From contig OX597826.1 in assembly GCA_951406725.2 (NCBI GenBank), positions 3,782,001-3,846,000 on the forward strand: a stretch of DNA of 64,000 nt, written 5' to 3'. Origin of the DNA: Octopus vulgaris. Lineage: Eukaryota. Position 1 is the stretch's first letter, and the number at the start of each line of letters is the position of its first letter. Position numbers and translations under genes: made by a program. Below the pieces are notes generated by a model, which had not been told where the DNA came from, searched no databases, and worked only from the letters and a program-made list of their open reading frames with translations. Below, piece after piece: positions 42,375 through 58,025 of the stretch.

Positions 42375-42762
42375 GTAACACATTGCCTAAATACCTATCT
42401 TGAAGAATTAGACTTCTCGAAACCAGAAAGGAGGAAGCTGATTCGAAGACTACATATTTAATCCGTCACTGGAACTGTAAAAATATCTGTAAAACTTTCA
42501 AGAAGTTTATCATTTATCATATATGAGCATGTCTAGATCTGCAAGTACATGCATGAGAAGACATACATAAAACAAAGCATACAAATCTGCACGAATGCCT
42601 CTATACATACATACAAACATACATACATACACACACACATACATACATACATACATACATACATACATACACACACACATACATACATACATACATACAT
42701 ACATACATACATGCATGCATGCATACATACATACATACATACATGCATGCATACATACATAC

Positions 42763-42793
<31 letters not shown>

Positions 42794-42930
42794 CATACAT
42801 ACATACATACATACATACATACATACATACATACATACCCTGTTGTAGATGAAGTAGCTTTGGGTCGAGGTTACGAAACGACTCTTTTTCTCTTGGCAAG
42901 AAATCTTGAAATAAAACTGAATAATGACTG
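42375..42930 (+). mobile_element. RLE LINE 3' end with 3' UTR interrupted by (TACA)n
   Basis: VTHCLNTYLEELDFSKPERRKLIRRLHI*SVTGTVK/ICKTFKKFII, then UTR with AATAAA. Homologous to the C-terminus of 43625-44160. Confidence 0.7.
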
Positions 42931-42951
42931 GCATACAAAACATACACATGT

Positions 42952-43184
42952 AAGGCGGCGAGCTGGCAGAAACGTTAGCTCGCCGGGCGATATGCGTAGC
43001 CGTATTTCGTCTGCCGCTACGTTCTGAGTTCATATTCCGCTGAGGTCGACTTTGTCTTTCATCCTTTCGGGGTCGATAAATTAAGGATCAGTTACGCACT
43101 GGGGTCGATGTAATCGACTTAATCCGTTTGTCTGTCCTTGTTTGTCCCCTCTGTGTTTAGCCCCTTGTGGGTAATAAAGAAATA
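42952..43184 (+). mobile_element. Full-length SINE, family A
   Basis: AAGGCGGCGAGCTGGCAGAAACGTTAG head, GAGTTCATATTCC B-box-like motif, AATAAAGAAATA end; close to 49551-49780. Confidence 0.9.
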
Positions 43185-43621
43185 TGTATACATACATACA
43201 CACATACATATACACATACATATACTCATACATACGTACACACATACACACATACACACTCACATACATACACACATACATACATACATACATACATACA
43301 TACATACATACATACACATTTACATACATACATTCATACATGCATACATACATACATACATACATACATACATACATACATACATACATACATACATACA
43401 TACATACATACATACATACATACATACATACATACATACATACATACATACATACATACATACATACATACATACATACATACATACATACATACATACA
43501 TACATACATACATACATACATACATACATACATACATACATACATACATACATACATACATACATACATACATACATACATACATACATACATACATACA
43601 TACATACATACATACATACAT
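43185..43621. repeat. (TACA)n microsatellite, ~280 bp uninterrupted at the 3' end
   Basis: Direct inspection. Confidence 0.95.
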
Positions 43622-43624
43622 AAA

Positions 43625-44160
43625 GGAACAGGATAGCGGAAAAGGAAACACCTACAAGCGAAGTTGACTCTATTAAGACCGATGGTCAGAAGAATTTTGG
43701 AGGAACTTAAAAATTTAAGCAGTCACCAAGTTCAAACACAACCATGCGGACATTATGTGGGACCACAAAAACATAATTATGTTCTGTTGTGGAAATCAGC
43801 TGCCCTCCGGCCATAGATGTAATTAGTAAAATACAAGAGGAGGACGAAATTTAGGGACCATTGATAGGGCCTTTGCAAATCCAGTACACATGGTACACGT
43901 TCAACTTCCTCCCTATTATTATTATTATTGCAGCAACAGGATACCTACGAACCCGGCTGGAGCAAAGCACGACTAAATTTGGGATCTTCAGGGAAATCAC
44001 GGATCCTTAATTCATACATTGCAATTGAACACCATATCGGGGAGCATAAAAAAACCTACAAAACTGTCTTAAGATTTAAAGGATGTTGCTTAAAACAAGA
44101 TACTCTCTTCCTTCACAACGTAGCTTGTGGGTGGCCGGTGAAAATTGATTCTAAATTAAA
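43625..44160 (+). mobile_element. Older RLE LINE fragment (PD-(D/E)xK endonuclease region)
   Basis: EFWRNLKI*..KFKHNHADIMWD../[38 protein letters not shown]../[16 protein letters not shown] matches the RLE KHNRPDI..VEISCP..KE..Y pattern. Lies between TACA and CA tracts. Confidence 0.65.
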
Positions 44161-44188
44161 AAGAAAAAGAGAACACACACACACACAG

Positions 44189-44250
<62 letters not shown>

Positions 44251-44306
44251 TTATATACACGTAAATGTCGAAGGATGGAAATGTGTATATATATGTGTGT
44301 GTGTGT

Positions 44307-44339
<33 letters not shown>

Positions 44340-44385
44340 GTATATATATGTATATATATATATACACACATATATATATATATAT

Positions 44386-44466
<81 letters not shown>

Positions 44467-44743
44467 TATATTTATATATATACTCATATCCGCTTGAATG
44501 TGGTTATTTGCTTTCTTTCTCTTCTTTTTATCAGTATTTATACACATATGCACATATAAGTATACATAAACAGACTGAAAGCTATAAACATTTGAACAGG
44601 CAACACACCCAGAAAAGTTTGTCCTCGTTGACAGCTTTGCTCCATTGATCTTAATAAGGAATTTCCCATAAAGTGCAACTTAAAATAATGGACGAGTTTC
44701 GAGTGCTAGGAAAAGTAAACGAAATAAAAAAATATAATGATCG

Positions 44744-44774
<31 letters not shown>

Positions 44775-45209
44775 GAGGAGGAAGAGGAGGGGGAAGAAGT
44801 GGTGGCGGTTCTGGTGTTCGTGGTAGTGTTAATGGTGATGATAGTCGCTGTAGTGGTGGCGTGGGCAGCGGTGGTGTTTGGGAGGATGAATACATGTGAG
44901 AGCAAATACCGAACGGAAGAATGTAAAGAAAAAAGCACATAAAAACGTAAGTAAAAAAACACAGTATGATTTTTCAAAGCAGCACGTGACCACAAATACT
45001 ACGAGCAAAGCATATTTGGTCTGAATAAGTCTTTTGTGCTCTCACAAACCTCACTACCTCCACTATGACATAGTGAACTGACCGGCTCTTCATGGAGTTT
45101 GATCACTGACATAAAAACTTATTGGAGTCTGATATAACAGCATGTGGAATACATAAAACATATTCAGAAATACACGCCAAATACACACATGCATACATAC
45201 ATACATATG

Positions 45210-45331
<122 letters not shown>

Positions 45332-45493
45332 TTTTTTTTTTTCTAGTCTCAGCTCAGAGCTGCGGCCATGGTGATGCACCGCCGTTTTGTGCTACACTGT
45401 TATTGCGACCGACCTCGTCTAATATGTGGCACTTATGCATATATGTGTATATACATATATATATGTATATATATTATATTTATACATATATAC

Positions 45494-45526
<33 letters not shown>

Positions 45527-45559
45527 CATATATACATATATATGTATACATATATATGT

Positions 45560-45634
<75 letters not shown>

Positions 45635-45889
45635 TATATATAAATATATATGTAAATATGTACTTATGTGTATTTGTATATATCAATGTTTCTTTTATGT
45701 TCATTTACATTCACAACAATTTAACATTCATCTGCTGGGTTACTCTATACTCACGCAGTGTACAAATCTATTATTCTTAAACAATTATGTTGCTGTCAGC
45801 GACTTCGAAGTTTCGGCCACCGAAGCCATCCTGGGCACAGTCCGAAAATGACATAACAGGCTGAAACTTCCGAGTCACAGGCAACAACA

Positions 45890-45928
<39 letters not shown>

Positions 45929-46226
45929 AAATCAAACAGCGTTTCAACTCTATTTGAGTATATGTGTACACGTATGTGCGTGTACAAGGGATGTATGTGA
46001 ATATTGTATCTGCGATTATTATATACCTTGTTTTGTACCTTATTTTTGACGGCACGGTGTCAGGTAGTTATATACATATATATAAATAAGGTACAAAATA
46101 TGATACATAATAATCACAGATACAAACATTCGCATACTTCCCTTGTACACGCATTCACATGCACATATGTTGTCACACAGAGTTGAAGCGCTGTTTACTT
46201 TTTGTCTTCCCCATCCCATTTCCATT

Positions 46227-46526
<300 letters not shown>

Positions 46527-46600
46527 ATTTGCCATCCAAAAATATAAGTATTTTAAAAATTTAAACAATATCAAATTGATTATGGCTGGGAGATAACAGC

Positions 46601-47015
46601 TTACTCAAAGTAGCCATCCTCAGCTTGCAACACGGTTTCAAGACGGATGTAGAAACCGGCGCATGCGTTCCACAGTGTCCTTGTGAAGATCTTCGAACAC
46701 CTCCATTATCTTGGCTGCCGGCCTATATTTGATGTTGCAAGTAGAGCGGTTGGTGTCTTACAGCATCAACCCTCTCCAGCCTAGGACTGACCAGTTTCCA
46801 GCATCTTCCTGTCTGAATGGAGCCTAAGGCTCTCTTCAAAGATGTGAGGATGGATTCCAGCGTGCGGATGCTGTCAGAAAACCTGTTATGTCCCTTCCTG
46901 CTATCCAGGTTTCCTTAGTTTTTATTGCAACTCTCCATGTCACATCTTACAAAGCAATGAGCAGTTGTCCAGGTGTCAGCATTTTGATACCTAGCGTGAA
47001 TCATCATGGTATTAG
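46601..47015 (-). pseudogene. Internally deleted Tc1/mariner-superfamily (maT/DD37D-like) transposase
   Basis: RKGHNRFSDSIRT / PHIFEESLRLHSD / PRLERV / KDTNRSTCN..AKIMEVFEDLHKDTV / NACAGFYIRLETVLQAEDGYFE* shows the typical C-terminal AC..F..RLE.V..A.GGYFE motif. Confidence 0.75.
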
Positions 47016-48451
47016 TAACTCTTGTCCAACATTTTATTGACGGCTTACAATTATCTTCATCAGCTAACATTTTCTCAACTACGTCTTAATCATTATGCAC
47101 TCCAATGCCGTTGACTGTTCATTAATACATCAAGCTATTCCTGAAAGAAAAGGGAGGCATAAGTAATTGACGGATTTAGCCCGAACACCTTGTATATTTC
47201 TGTATCTGTGATCTTTGTGCGCAGAATTGTGTATCGGTATATATAACGTAATGCTACGAGAAATCATTCTGTATATGCGTGTGCGCATGTGCGATAACTA
47301 CTTATTTTACTTACTTTCAACAAATAAATTATTGATTCTATATTTGCTAAAAGACACTAGCTATAATGATAGTGAATTGCACTTAAGAATTTTTTTAGAA
47401 TTCTGATCTGTTACTGTTCAAATTATTTAGTAATTTTAACCATCTCCATTCGGCAAGTTAGTAAAATAAATTGTTTATTATAAATCTGTATTGTTCAACA
47501 TTTTATTTATTATTGCACCATCAAAATAGATACATACAAAATAGAGACTTACAGCGCCGTGAATAGCCAGCTATTTCAGTTATAGACAAATTTAAATTTT
47601 AGCGAAATAAAATGAACGAGAGAGTGTCTGAAGAGAAGAGGTATTAGTACATATACTGAATATATTCACGCACTGGCGCGTCGAACAGTTTCTTTTAACG
47701 TTTAAGCATAGTTCGAAATGCTTGTTATAGACATAATTCTTAGTTATTTGAACAGATAACTATGTTGCTAAAAATGAAGCTTCAAACCATTTACTGTTGA
47801 TAGAATGTAAAATTTTACCACACAAATTGTTTAATTGTATTTTAACATAATATACTCTGATTTCTCAAGGAAATAACTATTATTTCAGCAATTATTTGGG
47901 AGAATGGAAATGAAACGCAGAAAAAAATGAAACACATCATGTAATGTTTTTTTAAAGCTGAAGCGATTATCTTAGCTTCTAGTCTTATATTAATGATGCT
48001 TCTGTAGAAATTCTTGTGTCATTTCCCTTATACTGGGAAAGAAAAAATTTAGATAAACAGAAATCTTTCTTAGTGTTAGTTCGTACGTTTAAACTATTTT
48101 TTGGATTATGTCATAAAATAAATCCTGGTTCCTTTTAATGCGTCGGAATTGTGTATCTGTTAGCGTATTTTATTTTATTAAACCTACGATGTGGAAAAAA
48201 CATTATTATAAATATTGCGATGAGGCTCTAAAAATACGAAACAGTAAAGTAGATAAAGGCATCTGAGAATGATTATTGAATTGTACAAATACTGGATATT
48301 TTGTATCGTAGAATATCATGTAGGTGAGTATTGCGTAGGATTTTACTGATTGATCTTTCGAAAGGTTTTCGATGATGAAAGAAAACATTCTTACCTAAGT
48401 TTAAGGTACGACGCAAAATATTAACCATGCTAATATTACCGGTAACAAGGA

Positions 48452-49060
48452 TCCGAGCTGACAGAATCGTTGGCACATTCCGCTGAGGTCGACTTTGCCT
48501 TTCATCCTTTCGGGGTCGATAAATTAAGTACCAGTTACGCACAGGGGTCGATGTAATCGACTTAATTGGCTTTGTCTGTCCTTGCTTGTCCCCTCTATGT
48601 TTAGCCCCTTGTGGGCAATAAAGAAATAAGAATCGTTGGCACATCTGGCGAAATAATTAGCGGCATCAGGTCCGTCTTCACGTTCTGGGTTTAAATTCCA
48701 CTGTTGTAGTCTTTGCCTTTCGTCCATTCGAGCTCGATAAAATAAGGACCATTTGAGTACAGGGTTTGATGCCATCGACTTACCTCTTCTCCATCTTGGT
48801 GGTCTCGTGCCAAAATCTGAAACAAATATTAGAGGCAGCAAAGGCGGCGAGCTGACAGAATCGTTACCCGTGCAGGGCAAAATGCTTAGCGACATTTAGT
48901 CCGTCTTTATGTTCAGAGTTCAAATTCAGCTGAGGTCAACATTGCCTTTCACCCCTTCAGGGTCGATAAAATAAATACCAGATGAACACTGGTATTGATG
49001 TAATCGATTTACACTCTGTCCCATAAATCCTTGCCTAGAGCTAAAATTTGAAACCAATAT
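48452..49060 (+). mobile_element. Cluster of three family A SINE units, including a nested 150-bp insertion with 16-bp TSD
   Basis: AGAATCGTTGGCACAT at 48463-48478 and 48629-48644 flanks a young 5'-truncated copy; a third unit starts at ~48840. Confidence 0.85.
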
Positions 49061-49550
49061 CGGTGGCACGGAGCCATAAACCAAATATATTATATGAATT
49101 TCTTTTTCATGCCATTTGTAACTCGATGTAATTCATGATCATTTGCATTTCTTTAAGAACATGTTTCTTTTCATACACCTGTCCGTAATGTAAAGAATCA
49201 TTAATGGAAAAGTAATTCCAGAACATTTCGCTTACTTCATAATCAGCATACGATGTTAGTGAATCCTTAAATCATCTGTCTCTGCTTTTTAGCCACCTCC
49301 AGAATTTGTGCAAATGATAAGTTTAGATGCAGAACAAGTAATTGCTTTTAAATAAAAACGATCTACAATTGTTGCAAACGTCTTTTCAATTTGGTAAAAT
49401 TAGTAATCACAACGGAGTTACGGAATGTCCACAATAGATTCCAAAGCTCGTTAAGCAAATTTAACATCATTACGTAATTTCTTCAACGTCTAGTTATCAG
49501 GAAACGAATTGAAAACATTATGGCACAGAACACAATACGTTTCAAAAAGT

Positions 49551-49780
49551 CTGCGAGCTGGCAGAATCTTTAGCACGCCGGGCGAAATGCGTAGCCGTAT
49601 TTCGTCTGCCGTTACGTTCTGAGTTCAAATTCCGCCTAGGTTGACTTTGCCTTTCATCCTTTCGGGGTCGATAAATTAAGTACCGGTTACGCACTGGGGT
49701 CGATGTAATCGACTTAATCCGTTTGTGTCTCCTTGTTTGTCCCCTCTGTGTTTAGCCCTTTGTGGGCAGTTAAGAAATAG
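49551..49780 (+). mobile_element. SINE family A
   Basis: Close match to 42952-43184. Confidence 0.9.
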
Positions 49781-49798
49781 AGATTTCATCTGTTTTAT

Positions 49799-50200
49799 GT
49801 GCAAGAGTGGTTGTGTGGTAAGTAGCTTGCTTACTAACCACATGGATCCGGGTTCAGTCCCACTGCGCGGCACCTTGGGCAAGTGTCTTCTACTATAGCC
49901 TCAGGCCGACCAAAGCCTTGTGAGTGGATTTGGTAGATGGAAACTGAAAGAAGCCCCTCGTATATATGTATATATATGTGTGTGTGTGTATGTGTGTGTG
50001 ATAGAGTGTCTGTGTTTGATCCCCCAACATCGCTTGACAACCGATGCTGGTGTGTTTAAGTCCCAGTAGCTTAGTGGTTCGGCAAAAGAGACCGATAGGA
50101 TAAGTACTAGGCTTACAAAGAATAGGTCCCGGGGTCGATTAGCTCGACTAAAGGTGGTGCTCCAGCATGGCCGCAGTCAAATGACTGAAATAAGTGAAAG
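49799..50200 (+). mobile_element. SINE family C, full length
   Basis: Collinear with 13017-13501, with a short internal microsatellite. Confidence 0.9.
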
Positions 50201-50226
50201 ATGTAAAAATAACTATTACAAACATT

Positions 50227-52894
<2,668 letters not shown>

Positions 52895-53378
52895 GGTTTT
52901 CAAAAGACACATGATTTACGGCAAACTAGTCTTGCTCTAAAACATTTGCGGGTTCAATTAGCGATTTATTCATTTGATTAACTTGCCGTTGGTGAGACGT
53001 AAAACAGTATTTAATTTGAAAGACATTTTGAGAACGTATATAAGTGCATATACCTTTGACTTCCTAAACATTCTAAAAGATATTTCTAGTTCATGGAAAG
53101 TGTAACAGACCGGACGTTATGAACAGTAGGGGGTATTTTGCGACAAATTATAGTCGAAGGCCTTAACGGAAGACACGACATGACAGCTCCGAGATATATT
53201 TCTCCATGCTGTACACTCGCTTTTAATTCACATATACTCTTTCAATCTGTGCGACTCACTTGCCCTTGGAATGTATTTAATATCTAGATCTCGTTGTAAG
53301 GGTCACGCAATTTACAACTCAATACGTTTTGTTTTATTTTTGATCGAAGATATGTGTATATGTATGCATATATATATC

Positions 53379-53442
<64 letters not shown>

Positions 53443-54677
53443 GTATGTATATATGTGCGTATGTTTGTGTACACGCTCGCGTGTGCATGCGTGTATGTTT
53501 GTCTGTATGCATACATGTATGAAACTGAAGTAGATAAACGAAATTTATACAGCACACAAACATGTTTCTACGCGTTTTTACATACATTTATGCATGCATA
53601 TCTACACACACACTACACACTACACTCACATATACCCGCACGCATATATACATATATAAAGGATCAGTCAACATCAGCGTATGGTAGAAAACACGCTCCA
53701 GACGTATCGTGTACTAAGATTGAATTAAGTAACAGATCGTCGGAAACGAATATCCTCGGAAACGACGCCACCATGCCTTTGCTTATATTAATTGAAGCTC
53801 TATTAAAAAATAAATAAATATAGGCTATGGAGTAATTTAGCATTGGAATAATAAGATTACTAAATGAAATACCAGGCTAGGGCTGGATTCGATCAACTAT
53901 CATATTCCTTCGAAATTGTTGACCATATGGATAATCGTAATATATGAATAATATAAAGAAGATCGTGTTTATGTTATATGAGACTCAATACTGGTAAGTT
54001 TTTGTTTCTATTCTTTTACTGATTTCTCTTCGAAATTATTCTAATGTTATAAATATAGCACAATAGAACATTCACCGGAACAAAGTCTGCCAGAACCTAA
54101 CATCTCTGGAATAAAATAATGGTCGACAAATGTATATTTTACACACGAATAAAATGGCAGCTGTTATAACATTCATATTTTTCCTAAAAGAATTTATCAA
54201 CGACGTAAATGATAGAGAATGGCTTCCTCTCTGTTGCACAAAATCAGCAGCGTATATATTGTCCTAGAATTCTCGCTATACAATAGTTCGTGACATTAAT
54301 TGCATTGTAGACTCAATAAACTATTGTCAGCGTTCCCATTATTGTACTTATAATACTTAATTAAATGTGTGAAATAACTTGTTAAGAAAATTGCAATTTT
54401 TGAACTGTTAACTGTATATTTAGAGATGAAATTAATAAAGAATAGCATCTTATATATATCTATACAGTCGCTTTATTTAGTCTAACCTTTAGTCGTCACC
54501 GCGATGGTTAGCTGGAAGATAAATTATTTCACTGATATTTCCAGCATGCTCAGCGAATGATTTCAAACTTTTTTCTGATGTCTCTAAGCGCAAGACAAAA
54601 AGAGTTATTAATATCTAAGGCTAGTCCTCTATTATAAGCGAGCGTATGAAAAAAGTTAACTAATTCTCAGTTAACAT

Positions 54678-55162
54678 GGGCGTAGGAGTGACTGCGTGGT
54701 AAGTACCTTGTATAAGAACCACGTGGTTCCGGGTTCAATCCCACTGCGTGGCACATTGGGCAAGTGTCTTCTACTCTTTTATTTGTTTCAGTCACTTGAC
54801 TGTGGCCATGCTGGAGCACCGCCTAAGTCGAGCAAATCGACCCCAGGACTTATTCTTTGTAAGCCTAGTACGTATTCTATCGTTAAGTTACGGGGACGTA
54901 AACACACCAGCATCAGTTGTCAAGCGATGTTGGGGGAACAAACAGAGACACACAAACATACCCACACACACACACACACATAAATACATATATATACATA
55001 TATACGACGGGCATCTATCAGTTTCCGTCTACCAGATTCAATGACGAGGCTTTGACCGGCTTCAGGCTATGGTAGAAGACACTTGTCCACGGGACCAAGC
55101 AGTGGGATTGAACCCAGAACCATGTGGTTAGTAAGCAAGCTACTTACCACTCAGCCACTCAT
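54678..55162. mobile_element. Inverted pair of family C SINEs (plus-strand head 54678-54775 fused to minus-strand copy 54772-55162)
   Basis: Head sequence is present in both orientations at the two ends. Confidence 0.85.
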
Positions 55163-55241
55163 ATATATATATTATATTAAATTAGAGATAAAACCACTAC
55201 TAGGCAAAATGTATGTATGTATGTATGTATGTATGTATATA

Positions 55242-55331
<90 letters not shown>

Positions 55332-55386
55332 TTTCGAACAGATTTTCGAAATCAGCAAATGTATTTTGCTTGAAAATCTATATAAG

Positions 55387-55517
55387 AAATCCTGCATAGT
55401 GAGAATTCGTCGAGGAAGCGGGGGCCTACCACACGCCGATGATAGGCAATACACCTTGAAACCATGGTCCGTGTGTGGTTTCCGCTTCATCGGGGAATTA
55501 CCTCCCTTTGCAGGTTT
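55387..55517 (+). ncRNA. Type I hammerhead ribozyme variant (U4C) closed by a long extended helix I
   Basis: CACACG | CCGATGA | T-AGG-loop-CCT-T | GAAA | CCATGG | TC | CGTGTG. Outer pairings GAAGCGG/CCGCTTC, AATTC/GAATT and CCTGCA/TGCAGG. Confidence 0.7.
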
Positions 55518-55816
55518 AGGGCACCGTGACGGTGTCGAGCCTTTCTGGTGACGTCGATGTTCGCCTGGGGCTAAATGCAACAGTAACACCCCCACCACCC
55601 TGCCCTGTCCCTAGCCATATTCAGATGGCTTTAGTCCCTTATGTTATATATATAGTTATATATACATACACACATACATATGAGTAAATACATGCATATC
55701 AAAACAGTTGCAGTGGCATTGCACTTCTGACCAATCAGTGGACAGTCCCTTGGCGATATCTCTCCTACGATTCGTGCCTGCAATACCCCTACAGATAAAC
55801 TTAATAGAATGGACAC

Positions 55817-55857
55817 TTAGGTTAATTAGGTTAATTAGGTTAATTAGGTTAATTAGG
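55817..55857. repeat. (TTAGGTTAA)n 9-mer tandem repeat, ~4.5 copies
   Basis: Direct inspection. Confidence 0.9.
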
Positions 55858-56296
55858 AAGCTGCTATCAATGTTCTTATCGTCACACGAAGCTGATGTTG
55901 GCTGATGATAGGACAAGCTACACTTTCTGACAGGAAGGAAGGGAATTTTAAACTAACAGTGAACTGTAATAAAACAACTATTATGAAAGCAGAAACAAAA
56001 ATATATGTATGTAAAAGAGCATAAGGGTAGATTGATTGGTCTAATAAATACACAATGAGAAAAGGAAGAGGAGAAGGAAAAGAAAATAAGCCACATTTCT
56101 CCTTAATGAAATGCAATATTTAGTTAGAAAATATATGTGTTTCACTGAAATGAATATAAAGAAAATGAAACAAAATAAATAAAAGATGACATGCATGTAT
56201 GTATGTATGTATGTATGTATGTATGTATGTATGTATGTATCTCTTTATTTGTATGTATGTGTATATATATATATACATATCTATCTATACATATGC

Positions 56297-56378
<82 letters not shown>

Positions 56379-57452
56379 TCGCGTGGACATCTTAAGGGTA
56401 ACGCGACATACATACATTCTTAGATAGAAATGCGAGCAGAAAGAAAGGTTAAAATAATAACACATAAAACAGAACTAAAGAACATCAAATTGTACGAAGC
56501 TGTTCATGAGAAAAGCTTCTCTATATTCAGTATGCAGTATATAATATGACCTAGATACATGGTTGCTTACTCTTCTAGAAATAACAGCCAAAACCGCTCA
56601 AATTACTTTCAACCTATGAGTAGTTTCTCCCTACATATCCCTTAAAAAGGAGACGATTACGTTCGGAGTCCTCTCAAAACCAGATTATTAAATCTGAGAT
56701 GAAACAATTACTCTACATATAGTAGAATTGAATCTGATAACCAAAATGCTTGCAGGGTCTGTACTTATTTCATTAAATAAATACTGGACTGTTAAATCCA
56801 CATCCGATATGCCTACGGAAATATATACTGATTTGTTTAATTCAATCAACGAACATTAGAATATTATAGAGCCAAATGATTGAGCGCTGGTTTATTTTTT
56901 GAGTACTGCGATCGCTTAGGCTTATTGACTTTATAATATTTAACTTAAACTATCTGGCTCCAGATAATGTATTGATAAGGAAGTTATCAATACATTCCTT
57001 ATTGATAACTAATAAAGCATCGAAGACTATAGAGATATAATCAAAAGCGATCCAGCTGTGGGTACAATGACTTTTATCGCCTAACTATGGTTGCTATTTT
57101 GAACAAGATGGTCAGTACCGAAAAGCTTGGGTCGTTTGTGGGGCTTCAGGTGCATTTTCGTTATCCCCGTTTAAATGGCTCCTAAATTCCATTGTACATT
57201 GTTTGGTCATGAATCTTAGAATTAGAAAAAAGTGTTGGTTTGATTTATATATTCGTGAGAGTAGATTTGGGTATCTTTTATAATTTTTCATTGAATTTGC
57301 TTATGTTTGGGGGTTCATTATGGAATGGTACTGCTTGGTCAAATATTGTTTTGTCGGAAGAGTTTAAGGAGATTACAGGGCTTAGGTTCCTGACTAGTTT
57401 CTTTATTATTAAAGGTGGGTGGTCATTCTCTCTCTCTCTCTCTTTCATTGTT

Positions 57453-57490
<38 letters not shown>

Positions 57491-57834
57491 TCTCTCTCTC
57501 TCTCTCTATCCTTCTCTCTCTCTCTCTGTATGTATATATTTACACACTCACTTATTTGTAATTCCTTGTGATTTGTATGCACTTCAGTGTTTGAGTGTGT
57601 GTCCGTTGCGGGTACGTGTATATGTATATGTGTGTGTGTGTGTGCGTATGTGTGTGTGTGTGTGAGAGAGAGAGAGACAGACAGACAGGCAGACAGAGAG
57701 AAAGAGATAAAATCTCTTGGCTGTTATTACTTCGTCGTCGTGTGTGTCGGTCTGCATCTAGGAGAGTTTACATTAAGACTTACATATATAAACATATAAC
57801 ACACTCCAGTTAAGAAAAGAAAAACCGAAAAGAA

Positions 57835-58025
57835 CCTATGACTTTTCCCATGTCATCTGTTCTTCCCCAAACACCAAATGCACTCTATCACCTTTCTCAT
57901 TATTTCAAAGATTCAAGCTCTCTCATGACACTCCACAGTGCTTCCATTCTGCCGGTATAACCATCGTGAAGCACATTTCTAAAATTCAGACTCCTGTCAC
58001 CTACAACCATTTCGTGACCTCCCCG
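57835..58025 (-). mobile_element. Possible decayed RTE-type LINE C-terminal fragment
   Basis: GYTGRMEALWSVMR..GR../MTWEK loosely matches GHV-RM..GRP..TW. Weak. Confidence 0.25.

Noticed and set aside
55817-55857. Interstitial telomere
   Set aside because: The unit is 9 bp (TTAGGTTAA), not TTAGG or TTAGGG tandem.
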